This document shows, in pieces, positions 53,301-64,000 of a stretch of 64,000 nt of DNA. Below the pieces are notes generated by a model. That model saw only the letters and a program-made list of their open reading frames with translations, made no database searches and had not been told where the DNA came from. The stretch is from the human T2T-CHM13v2.0 reference genome, Homo sapiens: NCBI RefSeq assembly GCF_009914755.1, contig NC_060925.1. The stretch is one strand, 5' to 3'. How positions within the stretch are numbered: position 1 is the first letter of the stretch; each line of letters begins with the position of its first letter. Made by a program: the position numbers and the translations under genes.

Positions 53301-56300
53301 TGGGAAAGCTTTTCCTACCCACCTCTGCCTTGCTAACTCCTACACACCCTTCAGATCTCAGCCCAGTTGTTGCTTCCTCGGGGAAGCTTTCTCTGGCCTC
53401 CCTGACTAGGTCAGATCCCCCTGCTGTTTGCTCTCAAGGCACCATGTACCTGTCTCTTATATTGTTACCATTTTAAATTTGTGTGACTCCTAGATTGTCC
53501 ATCTCTCCCATTAGAATGTAAGCTCCACATAAGTGCAGGAATTTTATCCATCTTATCCACTGAATTCTCCCCAGTCCCTAGAACAATGCTTAGCATATGG
53601 CAGGCATTTGTTGAGTGAATGTGAGTCTACAAAGAACAAGATGCTTTCGTTTATGATATTTTATGTGATTCCCACAACTATTCCAAAGGATAGATATTAT
53701 CCACCCCCCCCCACCACCTTCCAGTGTACAGAAGAAGAAACTGAGGTTTGGAGAGGCTAACTGAGCTCCCCAAGGTCACACCGAGAGCTGTTGTCAAAGC
53801 CAGAAGTCAAATCCAGTGTTGGCCGATTCCAAAGCCTTAGCTTTTCCCCTGTCTGTGTTGCCAGCCCAGAGAAGTCAAACTTATTCAACGCCATTCTGAA
53901 GTGGGCACAGTAATGGAAGTGAATATGTTTTTTTAAAGCAAACAAACAAATAAAAAGACCTCATCCATACATATCTCCCAGAGCTAACCAGAGTGTGATT
54001 TAGCCTTTTCCCATGTGTGGTGAGCACTGAGTTTATACCAAGCCCAAGGTCAGATTAGTATAGAATAAAGGATGCTCCCTGAAGTCCTATGACAATTCTG
54101 GGTGCTGGTGTTATTTTCCCATTTTTATTGCACCAAATCATCCATCCACTATCCCAGGACACAGAGAGCTGCCCGAATGGTGAAGCTGGGGGCCGACGGA
54201 AGCAGCCACTTTTGCAGTAGCCTATGGCTGGCTGGAAAATGGTGACTGAAGGAGTCTGGGAGGGTGCCGTGTGTGACAAATTCTTCTCTGATGCAGCTCG
54301 AATCTATCTGGGAATGGAAGAAGTGGCACAGATGCCGTCACCAAGAAATTACCCAATTTAGCACCAACTACACAATCCAGCAATTAGTTTCTTAAACCGG
54401 AACTTGCTGGGGGCTGCCAGGCTGGCAGGGTTGTTGTTACAAATCTCACTGGGAAACCAGCTGTGTAATTCGCCAGGAGGTTGTCACTGCCCCAAGCAAT
54501 TACCTTCCAGAAAAAGAAGGAAAATGGGAGAAGGAGTCAGAGTGTTTTCTCTCCCTCTCCACCAGGGCCCTGCCCAGCCAAATCAGTTGGTTTTCCTTTC
54601 TTGAGACCTAGGCAAGTCACAAACTCTCTTGATTAAAGCAGTTGTTGGTGTGGACTCTGTCATCAGACTCTGTGGGCTCAAATCCCTTTCCACTCACTTA
54701 CTGGCTGTGTGTACTTGGGTAGGTGATTCACCTCTCTTAACCTGTCTCCTCATCTGTAAAATGGGGATAATATTAGGGCCATAATAAAGGTATGAATGAT
54801 GTAAGGTTTAACAAGGTAAAGCATATAAATCCCTTAGAACTGTCCCTGGCACATGATAAAGACTCACTAACGGTAGCTATCTTTATCATTGTTTCCTCCA
54901 TTGGTTTACAGTGTGATATTGGGTAGGTCACTTAATTTCTCTGGATGACCATCTAAGACGAAAGACACTCACCTGGGGAAAAGATAAGGTGTTCTCACTC
55001 TAGATTGTCCACATCTGGGTACCCAGAGATCCAGGTGTGTTTGACAAAGACCAGTATCTCAGCATTTGGCACAAAGTGATGCCTTGGGCCAAGATGAAGA
55101 CTTCAAAAGTCAAATTTTAGCCAATTCACTCCTTCCCCAGGAAGTTGTCTGGGAGAGCTACAAGCTGGACATGACGATCCAAACAGCAGCAAAATGTTAA
55201 GAGTTGTTCCCTTGTGAAGGTCAGCCCTATCCAATCCCCTCACCTGGAGCCTATGAGATCATCCCCACACCAGTTCCAACACAGCAGAACTTCCAGCAAG
55301 TGAGGCCTAGAATTCATTTTGCTGCTGTTGGCCTGGCTCCTCCATGCCTGTGATAAGCCATGTGTGTCCCTGGGATCCCACAGTTTTAGGCTTTGTCTAC
55401 CCACTCCCTCTCCCTGTGTTAACCAACCAGTATAGACAGGATTGTGCCTCGGTTTCTCTGTCCAGCCCTTCACACTGGGAGCCCTAACACAGAGCCTCTG
55501 ACCTGCAGCTCATACCCCTGATTATTCAACTGTGCCCATGGATAGGCATCCCTCTGCCCGCTCCGGCCCAGCCCCTTGTCTCTTCCTGCATCCATTTCTG
55601 ACTGAGCCCCCCTGACTGATTTGACACTGGCTTTGCCCAGATGCCTGTGGCAGGATCTCTGTAGTTGGGCTGGTGTCCTAGTCCCTGGCCTCCCTCAACC
55701 CCACTAGCCAGCCCTGTTGCTGAAGACTTGGCATGCCTTGTATCCAACCCCACTCCTTAGGACCCCAAGGGAAATCACCTCCTTTTCCCCTCACTGCCCC
55801 AGAAAATGGAGAAGGAAGAAGGGGGAACAGAAAGGAAGGAGGAAGGCTTGCCGTTTTATTCATTCATCTTTATTACTTTATTTAATCAACTCTTCCTAGG
55901 GGCTTAGGGCAGAAATTTTACAGAAAATGGGTTTACAGCTCCAAAACACTCGAGCCATTTAGGCAGATACAAGTCTAAATCCATCTCCTGACCCACTGGA
56001 CGGTGCTCGGCCGGTGAATAACCCACACTACCTATAATCTCTTTGAAAATCCCACCTCAGGGGGCTTTGCACTTGATGTTCTCTCTGCTGGAACACTCTG
56101 CCCCAGATATTCCCATGGCTTCCTCTGCCTCGGAAGAGACAGAGAGGCCTACCTGATCACTCGCTCCAACTAAAGTTGAGCTGCAACCCTGGGTATGTTC
56201 TATATCACCTGCTTCATTGCCCTCAGAGCACTGATTGCCCTTTGAAATTATTTTCTTTGTCTATTGCGTGTTTATAGTATGTCTCCCCATAGTAGAATAT

Positions 56301-59294
56301 AAGCTCCAGAAGGGCAGGGACTGTGTCTGTTTGTGTGCTGCAGCATTTTGAGTGTCTAGAACAATGCCTGCCACTAAACGGTGTTCAAAAAATACCTATT
56401 CTGTGAATGAATGTTTTCCCTTGCTGCCCTCACCCACTCTGCTCCTATGTACAACGGCCCACAGAAAGGACCTCCACTCCTTTCTCTTCAAAGGCTTTGG
56501 AGAGTCCTGGAGAATCTGGTATTAGAAATCCAGCCTCTATACCCAGCCTTGTTCATGATGTTTGTCTAGCCGCTCTGCTTAGCAGGTAAAGATGGTTCTT
56601 TTCCAGTTGCATCTAGGTCTCCCCCAGATATGTCCCTCTGCATAGCTCAGGGAAGGTCGTGGAGGGAGAAGGGAGAATAAGAAGGAAAAAGGTGGCCCTC
56701 CCCATGCTGCAGAGAGAAAGAATGAGGCACAACTTTCAGGGATGGGCTGCAGGAGCAGGGTTCGGGGTCTACCACCCAGCCCCACATAGGTCTCTTCACT
56801 CAGACTTGCTGGGCCCCAGCTCCCTTCCCAGCTAGGGCCATGTACCCAACAGGCATTGGAGGAGGTTCCTCCTCCTTCTCCAGGGCTGCCATAGGCCCTT
56901 TGAGACACAATTCAGCCTGATCAGCCTCACTCCTTCATGCCCCCTAATTGCAGGCATGGCCAACTGCTTCCAGCCTTTTCTCAGCTATCTCTTCCTTTTC
57001 TGTCAACTGAACCAATTCTTAGGCTGTGCTGCCTTATCATTTCCACTTTTCCCCTCTCCTGAAAGTCTCCAGGGGCCTTCTTTGGAGAAGACTGCACACT
57101 GCTGAGAGAGAGGACTTCTAGGACCAGAACTCCTCTAGGACCCGAACTCCTCTAGGACCCTCGTTAGGGGCAGCTGGTGAGCAACTGTGGCTTCTGGGTC
57201 TTAAGCTAAACTGTTTTGAGTCCATATCCCAGGTCCACCACTTACTAGACGTGTGGCCTCAAGGAAGCCTGTTTGCCTCTCTCAAGTTCAGTTTCCCCAT
57301 TTTCAAATGGGAGCAAGAGTAGTCCCTTTCTCATTGTGATGTTACAAGGACTAAGATAATGCAGGTAAAGTATCTAGCACAGTGCTAAGGGTTAGCTATT
57401 GCTAACTAGGGAGAAACTACTTAAATGCATGAGACTTGGAGACAGGGAGAGGATCTCTAGACAGCTTTGGGCAAAGGCTGTAACTATCCATACATGACTT
57501 GGTTTGGATCGGAAATGGGTGGTCTGAAAACTCATCTTTTTCACGCATGCAGGAATTTCTGTTTGCCTGGGCTTCTTTTGAAGACCTCCCACACCCTAAG
57601 CGTACCAAAGACAGCAGAGCAAAGACCTGGTAGCCAAAGATGGTGGCACCTGAGAGGACTAGAGGACCTTGATTTGCAGACTCCCACAAACCCCTGTAGC
57701 CAGGGTTAGTGGTCTCTCTTGTAACTCCAGGGATCTGGAAGGGAAAGCCAGCAACCTCATAGCTGGGTATTGGAAAGCCAATCATCCACCTCCATCCATT
57801 ATGTCACAACCTACCTTTATGCCCATGAGCAATTTGTGTTATCTGCCTGAGCCTCAGTTTTCTCATCTGTAAAATGGGATCACAATACCTACCTCCTTAG
57901 CTTGCGGCAATGAGTAACTAAGCTGACCTATCCAAAGAAACTGCACATATGTCTCTATATGTTGGCTTCTTTTGACTTTAGCACCAAAGCACCTTCTTTC
58001 ATTTGTATGTGATTTGGACTCGTGCTGCCCTAGCTTCCAGGATGCTCTACACCTGAGCCTGCCAGGGCCATCAAAGAATAGCAGGTAGGAGCCCAAGCCC
58101 ATGGCAGGGGTCCACTGGGCAGGAGTTACTCAGCCTGGCCATACCAATGACCTTTCTTACTCTCTGGCCCAGGCATCTGGTCCCCTCTTGGTGTCCAGAG
58201 CTTGGGACAGCCTCCTGGATTAGCACACTGTCCCGTAAGCTCTCTGTGTGAGCTGAGACAGGGGCTTCTAGCAACAAGGCCTGAGCCCTCCTTCTGAGCC
58301 TTTCCCACAGGAGAGTCCAGCACAGGAAGCCAACCACGAAGGCTGGCTGGTTGGCTGACTGCCAGGTTCACGTCGTGGCACCTCCCACCCCTCAGCTCTG
58401 CCTGAAACCCTGCCTGACCTTCAAGGATATCTATACCTCTGCTCTCTCTGGGTTTCAGAGAAGACAGCCAGGAGCTAAGGGACACAGCATGAGAGCACAT
58501 AGAAAAGGCAGCTCAGACTGCAAAACCCCTGTCCTCCCAACCTTAAACCCTCTGCTGCTGCACGGGTGTACTCTCTTCCAAGAGGCCTTCCCCTAAAATT
58601 GCCCTCCCATCAATCCCAGGACACCACAATTGCCAGCTCCTCTTGGGTCTCATACCTCTATTCCCCACAGTAGGGTAAAGAGTTGTTTGTAAGCTGTGAG
58701 TTCCTTGAAGGCCAGGATTCAGGGGATCTATCTCTGTATGAACACACATGGCATACAGTAGGTGCTCAGTGAGTTCAGGGTCAGCAACTGAGCCATCAAG
58801 GAGTGCCCCACAGCTAAGGCATAGAGAAACAGGGAGAAACAGGGGAGAAAAGGAAGGCGATGACTCCCTGCAGCTGGACCAGAACTCCCCAGCAGATAGA
58901 ACCGCTACAGCATGATGTGGCTTTCCTAAAGAGGTGGGAGTGTCCCGTCCAGGGAGGCATGCAAGCAGAGGTTGAGGACTGCTTTGCAGGATGGTACAGA
59001 GTGCATTCAAGCACTGAATACATTGAATACATTTCAGACCAGACAACCTCTGGTGCCTTTCAACTCTGAAGTCTAAGGTTAGGCTCCTGAATACCTACAA
59101 CTGTCCAGACCCAGTGTTAAGCGCTTTAGATGTTTTTCTTCATATAATCCTCACAACTATCCTTTGCAGTAGGCACTATTATTACTCCCATTTTACAGGT
59201 GAGGAAACTGAAGCTTAGAAATGTAAAGAAAATTTCCCAAGGTCACATAGATGGTGGAAGAAGGATTTGAATCTGAGTCTGGGTCCAGGCCTGA

Positions 59295-59652
<358 letters not shown>

Positions 59653-59994
59653 TCAGAGCACCTTTAAAGTAGCATGTCTCCCTGACCAAACTGGTCTGAG
59701 GAGGCCAATAGGTGGACCCCAGTGTGCCCTTTCTCATCACTCAGCCTCAGGAAACCTTCCATCTCTGTCATCTCTTCCTCATACACAGCTATACACTGCC
59801 CCAAGACTGTTCATTCACAAATTAACAGGTGTTCAGCCAGAGGCAAATTACACAGCCACGCAGTCATCCATACACAACTTACGCAGCACCTGACCTCATC
59901 TATATAGTCACTGTCACGCTGTATACCCAGACCCACACAAACTTGTTCCTATGAGGGTTCATACACCTCATGTGCATTTCCATCCGATAGATCC

Positions 59995-60294
<300 letters not shown>

Positions 60295-62114
60295 TATCCA
60301 TCCAATAGACTTTGATGTTTGTGTGCATAGAAGCTGCACAGATACAAAACCTTAAATACATGTCCACATGTTTATCCCCATATGACAGAAATACATGTTC
60401 ATTTCACAGCATTTAGGCACCCACATCTGCTCAAGGTCATTCATTAAATCCTCCCCAAACAAGAACTTTATCCATTGTTCCCAGATCCAGTACTAGGCCC
60501 AGGTGAGCCATGATGCTCCTTCTCTCTGGGGTTGGCCAGGCAGTCCAGAGAGGGGAAGAAGGCTCAGCCTGCCTGTGATGGATGGAATTAATCTACTGAG
60601 CTGGAGAAACTAAATAATTAAATCCCTAATCACCCCCCAAGCCAGCCCAGGCCAATATAGCTGAGGGAGGGAGGGGGCTCGGAGGCCCAGACCAATATCC
60701 TAGAGAAAAGGAGGGGCTTGGGAAATGAGGCACAGGCAGAACCCTCAGAGGGGGGGTCTCTCAGAGGAACTCTGCCAGCCAGGCATACAGACAGACAGAC
60801 AGACAGGCATGGTTCTCTAGTGCCACAGGCTCCCTTTCCATGTGGAAATGAAGCAGCTTGGGAAGACAGCCTGCCACCATCCACTGACACAGGGAGAGAG
60901 GAGAGGCAGAATCCTCCTTCCACCCTTCCGAAGTCCTTCCTGCCTCACCTCGAGGTGTGCCCTGGGGGTCTATGGGGATGGCAAGCAGGACCCTTACAGT
61001 GCCCAGGGTGGAGGCAGACAAGGGGGTCTGCTCAATGCGGAGCTGATGTGGTCTCAGCCAGGCCTTGGCCCACCCCTGCCTCACTGAGAACAGACTCAGC
61101 CTGGTGCAGATGGCAGGGGAGGACCCCTCCACACAGGTTCACCTGCTACCCTTAGGAAGTGGGTCCAGCACGTGGCTAATAGGCTGAGGATGGGGCAGAG
61201 GCCCGGGCAGGGGGGCTCAGGAAATCAGCCGGGGAACAGGCCCCAGTCCGATTGGCTGAAAAGTGGGTCATTTTCCTTTTGAAAAATAGTGAGAAAATGG
61301 AGAAGTAGGTCGGGCTCTTATCCCCTCAGCCCCAGGCACCATCCCCGACTTGAGGGGTAAGGAGAGAGGGAGACGCCTGAGCATGCCAAAGCCCCATATA
61401 CCCTAGGACCCTGGCCAGGGCCCCACAGTGCAGGAAGCCAAGGTCATCATTACTCAGGACATCCAAGGACATGCACACTCCGAGGCCAGAGCTGGAACAC
61501 CAGCCCCACCCTGCCCCAGGGGATCTGGGGTGAAAGGAGCTAGGGCCGGGGCCAAGCTAGAGGGGTGGGGGCTTCCACCCGCAGGACCCTGAAGAGCCCC
61601 TCCCATCCTCGTGTCTGCTGTGATGCCTCCTCTCCTCTCTTCTCCTCCCTTTCCTCATCGTCCACGTGGGCAGAGTCGTTGCCATGACACCGCGGGCAGG
61701 TGGGCGGCTCTGGCGGCTGTTTCGGCCCAACCCCCATGCTCACAGCCCAGGTGGGAGGGGAGCGGCTGCAGCACCCTGGCCCCTAGCCCAGATGAGAGAG
61801 GAGAGAGGCAAGAGGCCCCCCTTCACCCCTAGAGCCTGGAAGGGGCTCTATCACTGGCCTCTCGACCCAGCCCCATGCTTGCAGGTCCGGGGGAGGAAGT
61901 GTCAAAGAGGATCTTAGGCCTTGACCACTCCCCTCCACCAGAGGTCCCTGGAGTGGCATGGGGTGGGGCAGACCCCCAACTCCCACTTCCTCCTTTTCTT
62001 AGCAGCTGTCCTCCCAGCTTTCCCCACATACTATGCCTTAGTCTCTTAATGCTAGCAGCTGATTGGTCCTGCCTGAGGTTTAACCTCAGTTGCTCATTTT
62101 GCAACACAAGCTCA

Positions 62115-62476
<362 letters not shown>

Positions 62477-64000
62477 TCAGAGAAATTACTCCCCTACTGC
62501 CAGACCAAAAAATGTGTTATACAAATGGGGACCCCTTCCTCCAGGTCTCCCCATATACCTGAATTCACATCACAACCCTGGGGACAAATCATTCCTAAGT
62601 CCATACTTGGCTAAGGCATCCACACCACCAGGGTAGAGGACCAGAAGTGGAGCAGGAGAAGAAGGGAAGAGGTTGGGGCCAGGCATTAGAAGCTGCCTAA
62701 GTATGCTGTCCCACCCCCACCACATCTGGCTTCAGGAAGTCTGGGCCATGCCTGAGCTCTCCATCTCTGAGCTCTCCGCAGCCATTCCCCTTCTCTCTAC
62801 TCCTCTCACAGTCCACGTGCCTCTCTCCAAGTGTCTCTAAGTCTCTGTCTGTGGCTCTGACCTCCTAAGACCGTTCCCTTTGTTCAAGACCTGGCTCCCA
62901 ACTCCTGTTCCCTATGGCAGGAGCCCTGCATCACTGACAGGGTGGAACCACAGAGACCCCGCATGGCAGCCCTCTGCAGCCTGGCTGGCAGGAATGAACA
63001 TACATGGGATATTGGTGACAAGATCCAAAAGGAAGGGAGAACTGCAGTTGGCATTAGCTGGAGGGTGTCCAGCCTGTCATGAGGTGTTCATGACATACAT
63101 ACCACACATACACATAAAGACACTTTTACTTTCCTCCTTAGCCTTCCCCTACTAAAACAGCAGATGTGATTAAAGTACAAGCACATGCATGTACATTTGT
63201 GCATGCATGTGTTTGTACATTGTGTCTCTTTTTCTCCACTCCCACTGCTGGTGTTCTACATCAGGCCACTCTTATCCTAATTGCTCACCAAAGCTATGAC
63301 AACAGGTTCCTAACTGGTCTCCCTGCCTTGCATCTTGTTCACCTTGATCCTTTCTCCTCACTGGCTGCCGGCTAGCTAAAATTTCTTTATTCAACAAATA
63401 TGTATCGACTGCCTACTCCAAGCTGAATACTCTTCTGGACACTGTAGATACAGCAATGAACAAAACAGATGAAGCTCCCATGCTCATGAAGTTTATATTC
63501 TAGTGGAAAAAGAGGGATGATTACCAAATATATAAAATAATGGTGGTGGCAAGTACTGAGATAAATAATAATAGTAATAATAATGGAGTGAGGAGATAGA
63601 ATGACAATGGGCTATTCAAGATAGACTGTTGGGGAGGTCTTTCCAAAAATGTGACTTGAGCAAAGACTCGGATACAGTGAGGAAGTGAGTTGCCTAGAGA
63701 GCATTTCAGGCTGAGGGGAAAAGCAAGCGCAATTGCCTCCACAAGGAACTGTGCTTTTTATGAAACAGAAAAGAAACCCACGTAGGAGTGGCCCCTGAGA
63801 TCCAGGAGGTAATAGGGGGCTTTGCACACGTAGCACTCACGTTGCTCAGGACGCACTACACTTTGGATTTCACTCTGAGTGAGATGGAAAGCCACTGGAA
63901 AGGCAAGACCTCATTTTCCTCTGGCTGCTTTTTGGGAAAGAGTCTACGGAGGTGGGGCTGGCAAGGGTGGAAGTGGGAAGACCATCTGGAACATTTCCTG

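Overview
Human genomic DNA (a human-specific AluYb8 is present), recognisable as the DLGAP3 (SAPAP3/GKAP-family postsynaptic scaffold) locus on the minus strand. I assembled the whole CDS by hand from ten GT-AG coding exons (48033 down to 8714). The phases are all consistent and the total is 2940 nt = 979 aa, ending in the Shank-PDZ ligand QTRL. An 83-nt non-coding exon lies at 50036-50118, the poly(A) signal is at 8081-8086, and the first exon appears to lie beyond the right edge. A CpG-island promoter and first exon of a second minus-strand gene sits at about 2150-2600; it is probably SMIM12, based on recalled gene order only. Introns are filled with Alu, L1M, L2/MIR, MaLR/ERV1 LTRs and hAT MITEs. 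I found no evidence of a new gene or foreign system. The best leads are regulatory: an interlocked uORF/altORF cassette around the start codon, an RE1 + octamer + E-box module upstream of exon 2, several RFX X-boxes (one inside coding sequence), inverted Alus bracketing exons 3-5 (circRNA architecture), a miR-101/128/27 and CPE cluster in the 3'UTR, a possibly polymorphic AluYb8, and a possible p.R777H variant. Exon numbering assumes one upstream exon outside the window. Repeat subfamily names come from recalled consensus features and their boundaries are approximate.
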